From contig JASGHG010000001.1 of the NCBI GenBank assembly GCA_047602425.1, forward strand, positions 2,400,001 through 2,464,000: 64,000 nt of DNA, read 5' to 3'. The notes beneath the pieces were generated by a model. It made no database searches. It saw only the letters and a list, made by a program, of their open reading frames with translations, and was not told the origin of the DNA. Below, piece by piece: positions 10,619 to 20,339 of this stretch (positions within the stretch are counted from its first letter, which is position 1; each line of letters opens with the position of its first letter). The DNA comes from Nibricoccus sp. Its GTDB lineage: Bacteria > Verrucomicrobiota > Verrucomicrobiia > Opitutales > Opitutaceae. A program made the translations under genes and the position numbers.

Positions 10619-11638
10619 TTAGGCGGTCCGCTCTGCCATGAGTTCGCGCAATAACTCGGGCGAGATATTGAGTTGGCCGATCTTATCCGCTTTACCGGCG
10701 ATTTCTTGGAAGGCGACAGCGATAAGTTGTTCAGGCTTCATGCCGGCGTTGGCCAATGCTTGAAGGATCCGGGCATCGCCTGAGCCCAGCGCCTTCATGG
10801 TCGCTTCAATACCGTAGGCACGCGCGTCAGATTCACTCCGAGCGTTCTGCGCCGTGAGCTCGACCAATTCCTTTTTCTTTTGCTCGAGGGTGACGCTGGC
10901 GGCCATCTCGGCTTCACGAAGTAGGCGTTCCTTTTCTTGGACGGCTCTCTCGGCGTCCATTTTGGTCTCGCGGATCTGACGCTTTTTCAGCTCCACCGCA
11001 TTCTCGGTGTTCAGCTCGTTTTCCTTGATGGCGCGTTCGTTCTCCACGGCAGCATTGCGACGACGGAAGATCGCTTCGTCCGCTTCTTTGAGGAGCTGCT
11101 CGCGTGTTTCAGCCTCAAGCGCGCGTGCGGTTTCGGGCGTCGGCTTAATCGCGAGGATCGAGAATCCGAGGATTTCGAGCCCGAGTGCAGCGATCTCTGG
11201 CGAAGCAATAAGTTTGGGTCGCAGCTCTTCGACCAGAGCATCGGATTCACGCACGGCTTGCCGCAAAGGGAGGCGCTGGATTTGGGCGCGAGCTTGAACG
11301 TTGACGATATTGATCAGGCGTTGGGGCAATTTTTCAGGATCGTCCGACGCGTAGCCCTGACCGTTTGAGGCCAGAGTGAAGTTCATGAGCGAGGCCAGCT
11401 TCTTCGCATCAGTGACGCGGTAGGTGATCTGGCCCTGTATGGTCACCTTTTGAAAATCTGAGGTCGTCTCTTCGAAAATGAAGGGGACCTCATTACTGGC
11501 TGTGGGCACGGCAACGAGAGATGTGACAGGCGCGTAATAGAAAAACGCGAGGCCGGCGCCTTCACGGACAAGCTGACCTTTCTTGTATTGGAGAAGGTAG
11601 GTAGTTGGTTGAACCTTGATGAATTGTATTCCGAGCAT
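10619..11638 (-). CDS. SPFH/band-7 domain protein
   Basis: Band-7-like N-terminal half plus long coiled coil; paired with NAD-kinase-like gene. Confidence 0.82.
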   Translation of the reverse strand: MLGIQFIKVQPTTYLLQYKKGQLVREGAGLAFFYYAPVTSLVAVPTASNEVPFIFEETTSDFQKVTIQGQITYRVTDAKKLASLMNFTLASNGQGYASDDPEKLPQRLINIVNVQARAQIQRLPLRQAVRESDALVEELRPKLIASPEIAALGLEILGFSILAIKPTPETARALEAETREQLLKEADEAIFRRRNAAVENERAIKENELNTENAVELKKRQIRETKMDAERAVQEKERLLREAEMAASVTLEQKKKELVELTAQNARSESDARAYGIEATMKALGSGDARILQALANAGMKPEQLIAVAFQEIAGKADKIGQLNISPELLRELMAERTA

Positions 11639-11659
11639 GGTAGGGGTTGTTGAGGTTGG

Positions 11660-12016
11660 TTAATTTATGCGGTGAAATTCAGCGATGACCTCGATTTTGC
11701 CGACGATGTTTTGGTTCATCTCTGCGAGGTCCTCGGCAGGAATCCAAAGTTCTTCATGCACTTTTGCTCCGACGACTTGCTTGGGGTATTTGCTGAGGAA
11801 ACTGTTGAGGACGCGAAAACGTGTAACGAACCCAGCGCCAGAGGCACGAACATTCCAGTCACGAGCAATCTGGGTGGCGTACTCCTCGTTTAGCACCGGA
11901 TAAAAGATGGGCTGTTCCGGGAGACGCGGAGGGAAGGCTTTGAAGTCACTTTTTGCGATGAGCTTCAATTCCTCAGGTCCGACGGGCCGATAGAGCGTTG
12001 TTGTGTTGTCTTGCAT
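11660..12016 (-). CDS. Small conserved protein often found with ADP-ribosylation genes
   Basis: TLYRPVG..EL, FPPRLPEQPIFYPV.NEEYA.QIARDWN, HEELWIPAE; start moved to MQDNTT. Confidence 0.75.
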   Translation of the reverse strand: MQDNTTTLYRPVGPEELKLIAKSDFKAFPPRLPEQPIFYPVLNEEYATQIARDWNVRASGAGFVTRFRVLNSFLSKYPKQVVGAKVHEELWIPAEDLAEMNQNIVGKIEVIAEFHRIN

Positions 12017-12035
12017 GCTGAGTGCGAAACTAAGT

Positions 12036-12575
12036 TCAGTTGGGAAAACCAATGAAAGAGGCCGGGACCTGATCCACTAGCCAGACACCATTGGCTGAGA
12101 GATAAAAGTGATGACCGGCACGATGCATATCGCCGGAGCGGACGGTTAAAACCACGGGTTTCCCGTGACGAGCACCGACGGCGACCGCGGTTTCGCGTTC
12201 GCTCGCAAGATGAACGTGATGGCGCGCTCCTTTTACGAGTCCACCAGTTTTTATACTGTCGAGAAACCGCGTTGCGGTGCCGTGAAAGAGCGTTTCGGGT
12301 GGCAGCTGTTCTTTGTAGTCGAGGTCGATCGCAACGGAATGGCCCTGATTGGCCCTTATACGTTGGCCGTCTTCGCTAAACGCAAAACGCTTTTTATCGC
12401 TGGTCGCGACGATCCGCTCCAGATGTTCACGTGTTAACGGAGATTTGTGGCGGGCCCAGGCCGCGAGGAGTTCATTCACAGAAACCCAACCAGCGCTATC
12501 CAGCACAATACCGATAGTCTGAGGTTCGTGTCTGAGCACGAGGCTAAGAAATTTACTGATGCTTACGTCGTTCAT
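12036..12575 (-). CDS. kptA: RNA 2'-phosphotransferase (Tpt1/KptA)
   Basis: SKFLSLVLRH, DKKRF, IRANQGHS, LFHGT, RHHVHL, NGVWL. Confidence 0.95.
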   Translation of the reverse strand: MNDVSISKFLSLVLRHEPQTIGIVLDSAGWVSVNELLAAWARHKSPLTREHLERIVATSDKKRFAFSEDGQRIRANQGHSVAIDLDYKEQLPPETLFHGTATRFLDSIKTGGLVKGARHHVHLASERETAVAVGARHGKPVVLTVRSGDMHRAGHHFYLSANGVWLVDQVPASFIGFPN

Positions 12576-12588
12576 GTGCGGAAAGGGA

Positions 12589-13416
12589 TCATTTTAAAAC
12601 CGACTCGAATGCCGAATAGACCAGTCCGTCTTTGGACGAATCGTACACGGCGAAGACGACTTCATCGAAGACTCCATGGAAGTCGCCTCCCTGCTGGAGC
12701 AGGCGTTGAAAGGTTGCTGCCACAAGACGAGGATCATTACGAAACACCCCACATCCCCAGGCTCCCAGTATCAGGCGTGCGACGCCTTCCCGTTCTGCGA
12801 TGGTGAGAACGAAGTGGGCGCGCCTTTCAAGCGTTGGAGCAATCAGAGGAACGTTGGAGGGTTCGTTCTGTCGTATGGCCCCCGCGTTGGGCGCGGGGCA
12901 AGTGATGACGGACGCCAAGTAGGGCTTGTCGAGCAAATTACCTGAATCGTTGCGGATAAACGGAACAGCCGGAGAGTAGATCGCCAAGTCTAGGTACAAG
13001 GTCGAACGGTTCGCACGATTTCTCTCGTAGTACTGGGATTGAGTCAGGAGGCATTTGTACAGGCCAGACGATCTGGCCAAGCTCTCTTCTTGGGCCTGAG
13101 CACCTGTTAGGAAACCACCGCCGGCGTTCTTGGCTGAAGCAAAGTTGAGGCAAGCGACATGGCCGCCTGGGCGTTTTACCGCTGCTTCGAGCGCCTGCAT
13201 GGTAGTCTCTCGCGTAACAGAGATTTTTGTCGATTTAGCTTCTTTGTTCGGGGAAGCACGATGGAGCAAGGATGCCTCGTAAAGGCGCGTGTTGCCCACG
13301 GAATCTTTCAGAGCCTGATGGAGATCGATTCGTTGATTTGAAGCATTGAAGTAACTGCCGGCTTCAAGGACGGCTAGTGTGGCTTTTGCACACTCTATTC
13401 TGGATTCTTTTTGCAT
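12589..13416 (-). CDS. TIGR02452-type bacterial PARG-like macro protein
   Basis: LNFASAKNAGGGF..GAQAQEESL and LILGAWGCGVF.N. Confidence 0.9.
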   Translation of the reverse strand: MQKESRIECAKATLAVLEAGSYFNASNQRIDLHQALKDSVGNTRLYEASLLHRASPNKEAKSTKISVTRETTMQALEAAVKRPGGHVACLNFASAKNAGGGFLTGAQAQEESLARSSGLYKCLLTQSQYYERNRANRSTLYLDLAIYSPAVPFIRNDSGNLLDKPYLASVITCPAPNAGAIRQNEPSNVPLIAPTLERRAHFVLTIAEREGVARLILGAWGCGVFRNDPRLVAATFQRLLQQGGDFHGVFDEVVFAVYDSSKDGLVYSAFESVLK

Positions 13417-13454
13417 AACTTAATGGCCGGAAAATTGGCCACGGGATAAAATGG

Positions 13455-14075
13455 TTAGTTGAGCGGAGCCTTTTGGAAGAGCTCACGGTTGCGGACTAAT
13501 TCGAAGACTCGCGGACCAAGATATTTCTCGGCCGTTGCATAATCGCGATTCAGCAGAGCTTGTCGCGCGAGCGACGAAGAGATCTCTTGTTTAGCGGGTG
13601 GTTCGGGAAGGACTTCGTGCGGTTTGAGCTGTGCCCAGGTGCCGGTTTCGTTGATTGGATGGCCCGTCCGGGGAATAACAACGAACGGAATTTGCTGCCT
13701 GAGTTGCTCGTTACGTCTCCACCGGTGGATCAGGTTCGCTTCATCGCTGCCGATGGCCATGTAGATTTGGTGTGTGGCGTATTCGGCGAAGTGAGGGAGT
13801 TTTTGAACGAGTTCGTAGGTGGAACCATTCATACCAAGGTCGACTTCAAAGCTCGAGACACGGACGCCAGGTAGATGGCGAAAGCATTCTGCGGCCATAA
13901 GTAATCGATCCTGTGCTGGAGCCAGACTCTTGCCGAACGTGTGTCCGTAACACGGCATCACAATGACTCGATCAAATCCTGCCCTTAACAACATTTCTGC
14001 TGCAGCGGCATGACCCACGGTGGGCGGGTTAAATGCGCCACCGTAGATCGCGAGCTTTGGCCGCTGGATGTTCAT
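13455..14075 (-). CDS. nadD: Nicotinate-nucleotide adenylyltransferase
   Basis: YGGAFNPPTVGH (HIGH-like), IGSD, ISSS..R. Confidence 0.85.
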   Translation of the reverse strand: MNIQRPKLAIYGGAFNPPTVGHAAAAEMLLRAGFDRVIVMPCYGHTFGKSLAPAQDRLLMAAECFRHLPGVRVSSFEVDLGMNGSTYELVQKLPHFAEYATHQIYMAIGSDEANLIHRWRRNEQLRQQIPFVVIPRTGHPINETGTWAQLKPHEVLPEPPAKQEISSSLARQALLNRDYATAEKYLGPRVFELVRNRELFQKAPLN

Positions 14076-14641
14076 GTGCGTTCGACAATTTCGACGCCGG
14101 CTTGCCGAAGCTTTGCCAGCATCGCGGGAATGTCATCCGGCTTGATGCCTACGCCTTTGCAGGCAGGCAGCAGTACGCGGGTTTTGAAGAGAGGAGCGAC
14201 CTGTAAGGCGGTGTTTCCGACGCAGTAGTCTGTGGCGAGTCCGACGACATCGACCTGGGTGATTCCGCGGGCGCGGAGCAAGTCAGCGAGGTTGGTCGTT
14301 TGTCCAGCGTTGTCGAAAAAGGCGCCGTACGAATCTACGTTCTTATCCATACCTTTGCGCCAAAGAACGTCGATGCGGTCCTTCACCAAGCCGGCGTGAA
14401 GCTCAGCGCCTCGGGTGAATTGCACGCAGTGGACCGGCCATAGACCGAACGAGCAGTGATCCTCCGGGTGCATGTCTTGGGTGGCAACGATCAGCCCATA
14501 ATCTCCGTTGGTGATTCGCTCGTTCACCGCCGGGAGGAGGTAAGAAGCATTCGCAATCGCGAGGGCGCCTCCTTCCATGAAGTCATTTTGGACATCGATG
14601 ACGAGCAGAGCCGTGTTTCTATTTTGGTCGGTCGTGGTCAT
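14072..14641 (-). CDS. pncA: Nicotinamidase
   Basis: IDVQNDF, TQD.H, WPVHCVQ, GLATDYCV. Confidence 0.92.
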   Translation of the reverse strand: MTTTDQNRNTALLVIDVQNDFMEGGALAIANASYLLPAVNERITNGDYGLIVATQDMHPEDHCSFGLWPVHCVQFTRGAELHAGLVKDRIDVLWRKGMDKNVDSYGAFFDNAGQTTNLADLLRARGITQVDVVGLATDYCVGNTALQVAPLFKTRVLLPACKGVGIKPDDIPAMLAKLRQAGVEIVERT

Positions 14642-14653
14642 GGGATTGGTTAA

Positions 14654-14674
14654 GTAAGGTCAGAATGACCATAC
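14654..14674. promoter_or_regulatory. Candidate NrtR operator (21-bp palindrome) upstream of pncA
   Basis: GTAAGGTCA-GAA-TGACCATAC, with a GTC-N5-GAC core. Overlaps a possible minus-strand promoter (TTGCAC-17-CATTCT). nrtR gene is adjacent. Confidence 0.7.
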
Positions 14675-14729
14675 TAGACGCTGAGTGCAAGCATTTTTTG
14701 AATTGTTTGTTTCGGGGCTCCCTAACTAG

Positions 14730-15401
14730 TTAGCCAAGGGAGAGAAAGAATGGCGTTTTATTCTCCCAATTCCAGCGGTACGTAGTGGCGGTTGGCCCGC
14801 GTACTTGGCGTGTTCCCACGGGCACAACCAAGTTTTGCCGCAGCAGATCCCGACGGAAATTCGAAAGGTCCACTTTGCGGCCGAGGATCGCACCGTACAC
14901 CAGCGACAATTCCGAGAGCGTGAAATCTTCACTCACGAAATGCGGGGAAACAGGCGCGTACTGAATCTTTGCGCGCAAACGTTGCACCGCGAGTTCAAGG
15001 ATATCGGCGTGATCAAACGCCCAGTTTTTTGTGGAGGCGACGCCTGGTTCTACCCACTCGAGTTTGTCGATCTTGTCATCGCCAGCAGGGACGTCCTGCG
15101 GAATGGGAATCAGTCCATAATGAGCGATCGTGACCACACGTTCTCGTGGATCGCGCTTGGGTTCGGTGAAGGTGAACAGCTGTTCCAGATAGCTGTGCGA
15201 TAAACCAACGGATTTGATTTTCCGTTCGCAGGCATCGGCAGCGCTCTCGTTTTCGTGAACGTAGGTGCCGGGAAAACAAACACGTCCCTTGTACGGAGTG
15301 GCCGCCCGCTGCCCGAGGAGCACAACCAATTTTTGTTGGCTGATTCCGAAGAGAACCAAATCCACGGCGACTGCGGGATGCGGATACTTGTATTGGTACA
15401 T
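14730..15401 (-). CDS. nrtR: NrtR-family Nudix-related transcriptional regulator
   Basis: Degenerate Nudix box, LEQL.TF..P.RDPR, AFDH, C-terminal wHTH FTLSEL..NFRR. Confidence 0.88.
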   Translation of the reverse strand: MYQYKYPHPAVAVDLVLFGISQQKLVVLLGQRAATPYKGRVCFPGTYVHENESAADACERKIKSVGLSHSYLEQLFTFTEPKRDPRERVVTIAHYGLIPIPQDVPAGDDKIDKLEWVEPGVASTKNWAFDHADILELAVQRLRAKIQYAPVSPHFVSEDFTLSELSLVYGAILGRKVDLSNFRRDLLRQNLVVPVGTRQVRGPTATTYRWNWENKTPFFLSLG

Positions 15402-15403
15402 GT

Positions 15404-17380
15404 CTATTTACTGTCTGCTCCGAAAATCTCTCGTTTCAATTTAGCGAGTTCGAAATCGTAGTTTCCCGAGAGGATGGGATAACGGCACCAGGTGCGAGGA
15501 TCCAAGTTCTCGTCGTCGAGGTGGAAGCTGGGTGCGTAGCGCTCACGTTTCCATTGGTTGCGACTCCAGAGCGTGAGGATTTTGGCGATCGCTTTGAACA
15601 ATTGTTCCTTCGAGAGCTGCTTCCCGTATTCCTCGGGCGAAGCCAGAAGGTGGAAAATGTCTCGCGGGCTTTTCTTTTCGACGACGAGGAGCTTTTGGAT
15701 GCGGTTGATCATCGGGTATGAGCCACCGAGATCGGTTTCATCCGTCTGATTGAACGAAGCGGGCTTTAGCTCGGCCGTGGGTGCTTGTTTGGTGATAAGC
15801 TCCAGTGCCGCAAAGTTGTATTCCTTGCGTGCCCAAGCGAGCCACTCGCGAAGGAAGACTTTATCGATGCCGGCGACGGGAGCGAGACTGCCCGCGGTGT
15901 CTCCGTCCATGGTGCAATAGCCGACAGTCGCTTCGCTGCGATTGCTCGTGGTGATGAGAAGGAAATTTTCGGCGTTGGCTATCGCCCAGATGGGAGGATT
16001 GCGCACACGAGCTTGGATGTTTTGTCGGGTTATGTCATCGTGTTCCCAATCGAGCTTCCGTCCAAGATAGCTGGCGAGGAGTTGCTCCGTGGCCTCCACC
16101 AGAGGCGCGATGTTGAAGTTCACGAAGCGTGCACCGAATTCTTCGGCGACAGCTTTGGCTGCATTCAGTGTCGTCTCGCCGCTGTTGGCAGAGGCTTGAT
16201 ACGCACAGGTGAGTAGCTTGCCGACGATGGCTTTTTCGGAAGCGCCTGTCCTCGTGTTCGTCAAATGCTCCAGATACGCACGGGCATCGTCGCGCGAGAA
16301 GCGGACCATGAGCGCGACCAACGCGGCACAAGCGGCAGAGTCGGCGCCGCCCGACAGCGATAAGGCATAGCCACGGCAGCGTGTTTTCTTCAGGTAGTCG
16401 AAGAGGCCGAGGGCGACTGCCCGAGCGAATTCGACGTTTTTTCCGTCGTGCGAGCGACTAGTCGAAGGAGTGGGTGTGGGGCGATTACTCTGCTTGTTCC
16501 AGTCTGCCGCGCAGCGAACAACACCGTTGTCGATAAACTCCGGTTCGTAACTGGCCAGGCGCGAGCGTCCGACGCGGTTCGTTTCGATATCCACCGTTGC
16601 CGTCGTTAGCGTCCATCGACGGAAGCTCAAGCGATCCGAATAGGCCCGCAGGCTGCCGCCACTGGCGATCAGGCAGTCGCCGTCATAGATTGCGCGTCCA
16701 GCTTCGTTGCCAAGGAGGTTGGCGTAAACGTAAGCGCAGTTGAAAGCACGCGAGCCTTCGCAAACGAAGCGCTCACGAACGCTCGTTTTTCCGAAGGCAA
16801 AGTGACTGGCCGACGGATTGAGGATCACGTCGACACTGTGGCGCGAATGACTGATACCTGGTCGTCCTGCTACCCAGGCGTCCTCGCAGATTTCCAAAGC
16901 GATTCGCACACCACCGACGTCATACATCAGATCACCGAGTGGAACAGTCTGGCCGTTGCTGAGCGTGGTTTGCACGACTTTGCCCGCAGGCCAACGCTTG
17001 AAGAAACGCGGCTCATAGTGAATGCCATCGCCGGCGAGATTTTGTTTCGCCGTGAAACCAATCAATCGACCATCGAAAATCACCGCGATCACATTGTAGA
17101 CACTACCGCCATAGCTCAGGGGCAGCCCTACCGCCGCTCCAAAGCCTTTCACGGCCGGTATGATCTTCGTTTCGAGTAACTGGAGCGATAGTTCGGTTAC
17201 GTAGGGGGCGTGAAATTCGTCTTCGCAGCCATAGCCGCTGATGCTCAGTTCAGGCAGGCAGATAAAATCAACAGACTGTTTTTTTGCGGCCTCAATGACC
17301 TCGAGGATTTTTTGGCAGTTTCCGGTCCAGTCTTTCGGCGTGGTGTTGATGGCCGCGGCAGCCAGAAGAAGCGTTTTCAT
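15404..17380 (-). CDS. nadE: Glutamine-dependent NAD+ synthetase
   Basis: Nitrilase domain (PEL..SGY, EICED.W) plus LSLSGGADS, QNIQAR.R, NRSE..VGY.T.DGD. Confidence 0.95.
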   Translation of the reverse strand: MKTLLLAAAAINTTPKDWTGNCQKILEVIEAAKKQSVDFICLPELSISGYGCEDEFHAPYVTELSLQLLETKIIPAVKGFGAAVGLPLSYGGSVYNVIAVIFDGRLIGFTAKQNLAGDGIHYEPRFFKRWPAGKVVQTTLSNGQTVPLGDLMYDVGGVRIALEICEDAWVAGRPGISHSRHSVDVILNPSASHFAFGKTSVRERFVCEGSRAFNCAYVYANLLGNEAGRAIYDGDCLIASGGSLRAYSDRLSFRRWTLTTATVDIETNRVGRSRLASYEPEFIDNGVVRCAADWNKQSNRPTPTPSTSRSHDGKNVEFARAVALGLFDYLKKTRCRGYALSLSGGADSAACAALVALMVRFSRDDARAYLEHLTNTRTGASEKAIVGKLLTCAYQASANSGETTLNAAKAVAEEFGARFVNFNIAPLVEATEQLLASYLGRKLDWEHDDITRQNIQARVRNPPIWAIANAENFLLITTSNRSEATVGYCTMDGDTAGSLAPVAGIDKVFLREWLAWARKEYNFAALELITKQAPTAELKPASFNQTDETDLGGSYPMINRIQKLLVVEKKSPRDIFHLLASPEEYGKQLSKEQLFKAIAKILTLWSRNQWKRERYAPSFHLDDENLDPRTWCRYPILSGNYDFELAKLKREIFGADSK

Positions 17381-18309
17381 GTTGATGCGAGTGGTTCGGC
17401 CAGCGTGTTGGCGAGAGAAAGGATGGTGATGAATTTCGAGGATTTTGAGAGCGCGATCGCCTGAGTATGGCTATCGGTAACGATGACCTTTTCGATCAGC
17501 CCGCATGCTTCAATGCGCGATAGGCTCTGTGCCGGAAGAACGCCGTGAGTGGCGACAGCGACGATCCGCTTTGCGCCCGCAGCCGCATAGGCTTTGGCGG
17601 CCTCGATCAATGATCCGCCGGTACGGATCATGTCGTCATAGATGAATACGACAGCCTTGGGATCGAACTCAGTTTGGCTCAGAGCGATCAGCTTAGTTTC
17701 GGTGGCCGATATTCTTTGTTTGAGTGCAAACGCCGCGGGGACACCGAGGTCATGCGCAAGCGATTGAACCCATTTTGAGCGACCTGCATCGACCGAGCCC
17801 AACACGATAGGGGAACCGGCTGCGTGAGCTAAAATGCCCGCGCAGATTACACGATTGGCGTAGATATGACGGGCAAAGACTCCATTTTCGAAGTAATGGA
17901 CCAGTCCCTCGGTGTGGAGATCCACGAGGTGGATCTCGTTGCCGAGTGGTGACCGCGGAATGGAAGAGAGGAGCCGGGCGCGTGTCTTGGCTTTGACGAC
18001 TTCGCCGGTTTTGACCGCGCGCTCCATGGTCGAGTATCCGAAGTAGGGCACCTGAAGGGTGACCTTTTTCGCTCCGTACATCACGGCGGCAGAGGCGCTG
18101 TCACAGAGTTCGAGAAAATGAGCGTCATCTACAGTGCCGCCGACAAAAACTACGTGGCGACCGCGTACATCCGGCATGCGATGATAAGCTTCGCCGTCAG
18201 GGAAGCGCTCGATCGCAGCGTAGTTGTCGGACGAGGGGAGTTTGAGCGCTTGGGCGATGCCTTGCGCCAGTTGCTCGTACCCAGGCAGCGGAAGTAGGAT
18301 GATACTCAT
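17377..18309 (-). CDS. prs: Ribose-phosphate pyrophosphokinase family
   Basis: FPDGE, PYFGYS..ER, DLH, DDMIRTGGS, ATHG. Confidence 0.88.
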   Translation of the reverse strand: MSIILLPLPGYEQLAQGIAQALKLPSSDNYAAIERFPDGEAYHRMPDVRGRHVVFVGGTVDDAHFLELCDSASAAVMYGAKKVTLQVPYFGYSTMERAVKTGEVVKAKTRARLLSSIPRSPLGNEIHLVDLHTEGLVHYFENGVFARHIYANRVICAGILAHAAGSPIVLGSVDAGRSKWVQSLAHDLGVPAAFALKQRISATETKLIALSQTEFDPKAVVFIYDDMIRTGGSLIEAAKAYAAAGAKRIVAVATHGVLPAQSLSRIEACGLIEKVIVTDSHTQAIALSKSSKFITILSLANTLAEPLAST

Positions 18310-18323
18310 GATGGTTGGCGCGG

Positions 18324-19604
18324 TCAGACCACCTTAAGGAATTCGTCGCGAAGGCGTGCCGTTTCTGCATCAAAGGTGACAGGCGTTGCCGCCGCGACTC
18401 CATAGACCGAACAGAGGTAATTCAGGAACTCTTTGTCGTCGCAGATGCTCTTGCCAGGCGAATCCGAAATCTTCGCGACAGCGCGGCCGTTCACCTTGAG
18501 CGGCTTCATTACGACATTGAGTGCTTTGTAGCCGGGAATCGATGCGGTGAGGGTGGTGCCAATGCCGTACGAAGTTCTGAGTCGTCCTTCAAACGCTTCG
18601 CAGAGCAGAAGCGCTTTCCGAAGGTTCAAGCTGTCGCTAAACACCGCGACCTTACTCGCAGGATTGATTCCTAGGCTCTTGAACTTAGTTATAGTTTTTT
18701 CACCAAAGACAAAGGGATCACCGCTGTCGTGGCGCACGCCATCGAACAGTTTTGCGTAATACAGATCGAAGTCGCGCAGGAATGCGTCGTACGTGATGAC
18801 GTCGGTGAGCGCGGTTCCGAGGTGGCCGCGGAATTCCTGCACCCAACCTTCGAGGGCAGCCTTCTGGGCATTTTCCAAACGAGGACCGATCTGCTGGTGA
18901 ACTTGCAGGAACTCGTGGGCCATGGTCCCTACGTCACGCAGGTTTTTCTCCAGCGAAAACTGCACGTTGCTCGTACCGAATAGTTGATCAGGGATTTCGT
19001 TCTTCAGGACATCGAGTACCATCGACTGATACTCACGGCTGACACGACGGCGCGTGCCCATTTCGATGAGCCGGAAAGGTTTTGCCGCACCGTGCTTGGC
19101 GACGAACGCCTTCACGGCTTTCAATTCCTCGCGGAGTTTGGCAATGCCAGCGTTGTAGGCGGCGGCACGGTCCGCTGGAGCGAACGTGTGCTGGAAGTGC
19201 AGTTCGGTCACGATCGCTAAAATGTGGATCTCGAAGAAAATCCGATGGACCCAAGGGCCGTGCACACGGATGTCGAGTTTCCCATCGATCTCCGAAATCA
19301 CGACCGACGAAGGATCGAGTCGGAAAAGTTTAAGGAAGAGGAGGAAGTCCTCCGTGAACCAAGGGTGCCGGGCCAGGTGCGCAATTTCAGCGTCCGTGTA
19401 TCGGAGATCAGCGAGCAGATTGATCTGCTCCTGAATTTCTTCACGCAGCGGTCTCAGATCGACCGGACTGCGATTGACGAATTTGTACTCCACCTTCGCG
19501 GTCGGGGCGCGGTGCAGTGCGTACTGCGCCATCGAGAACTTGTAGGCATCCGTATCCGCCGGCGATTGGATGAGTGCGTTTTTTTGGCTGGCCTTGGGGC
19601 TCAT
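18324..19604 (-). CDS. pncB: Nicotinate phosphoribosyltransferase
   Basis: DTDAYKFSM, EMGTRRR, GTSNV, GTMAHE, RHDSGDP, KISDSPGK; start moved to MSPK. Confidence 0.93.
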   Translation of the reverse strand: MSPKASQKNALIQSPADTDAYKFSMAQYALHRAPTAKVEYKFVNRSPVDLRPLREEIQEQINLLADLRYTDAEIAHLARHPWFTEDFLLFLKLFRLDPSSVVISEIDGKLDIRVHGPWVHRIFFEIHILAIVTELHFQHTFAPADRAAAYNAGIAKLREELKAVKAFVAKHGAAKPFRLIEMGTRRRVSREYQSMVLDVLKNEIPDQLFGTSNVQFSLEKNLRDVGTMAHEFLQVHQQIGPRLENAQKAALEGWVQEFRGHLGTALTDVITYDAFLRDFDLYYAKLFDGVRHDSGDPFVFGEKTITKFKSLGINPASKVAVFSDSLNLRKALLLCEAFEGRLRTSYGIGTTLTASIPGYKALNVVMKPLKVNGRAVAKISDSPGKSICDDKEFLNYLCSVYGVAAATPVTFDAETARLRDEFLKVV

Positions 19605-19674
19605 GCCTGCCTTAGAAAGGTCAAAACGACCAAACAGGCAATAAAAAACTTTCATCCGACAAATATTCCCTACC

Positions 19675-20289
19675 ATGTCTCTTCCCTACTGCACCCCGCC
19701 AAAGAAGCTCACACAGGAACGGTTCGTGAATCTATACTCGACCGAGATTTGCACGGAGAAAGGGCGCAATCCGTGGATATTCGCGTCGCGCAAAAAAGAG
19801 CCCGGCGCGAACGTGAAATGCGCAGATGCGGCTGTGGTGGTTGCGGTCGTCCAACAAAAGGGTGAGCCGCTCCTCGTGATGACACGTGAGTTCCGTGCTC
19901 CCCTCGGTACGTATGAGCTATCATTGCCGTCTGGTTTGATCGACGCTGGTGAGTCGGCCAACGACGCTGCAATCCGCGAGTTCAACGAAGAAACAGGAAT
20001 GACGCTTTCTAGGGTGGTCCATGTTTCGCCGCCGCTGGCATCGTCGGCTGGTTTGACAGACGAAACCGTCTCGCTGGTCTATGGCGAAGCCGCGGGCTCG
20101 ATCAGTCGGGAGCATCAGACTGAACACGAGGATATCGAGGTTCGGTTGGTTAGTATCGCCGATATCCGTAAATTGTTTGGCTCTGAGCAGAGTGATATTA
20201 TTTCGAGCCGCCTCTATCCGATCCTCGTGGGATATGTTAGCGCTGGAGCCATAAAATTGCCGCCCGGTTCTAAAGACGTACTGGTTTAG
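19675..20289 (+). CDS. Nudix hydrolase, probable ADP-ribose pyrophosphatase
   Basis: Nudix box GLIDAGES...AAIREFNEETG; EFR.P; divergent from pncB. Confidence 0.85.
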   Translation: MSLPYCTPPKKLTQERFVNLYSTEICTEKGRNPWIFASRKKEPGANVKCADAAVVVAVVQQKGEPLLVMTREFRAPLGTYELSLPSGLIDAGESANDAAIREFNEETGMTLSRVVHVSPPLASSAGLTDETVSLVYGEAAGSISREHQTEHEDIEVRLVSIADIRKLFGSEQSDIISSRLYPILVGYVSAGAIKLPPGSKDVLV

Positions 20290-20339
20290 CCAGTACGGAA
20301 GGAAAGTCGTTAGACAACTTTGCTTTTCCAATCATCAAT

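Noticed and set aside
17377..19604. Phage-type two-gene NAD reconstitution pathway
   Set aside because: The PRTase looks like PncB and comes with pncA, nadD and nadE, fitting the classical deamidating salvage route
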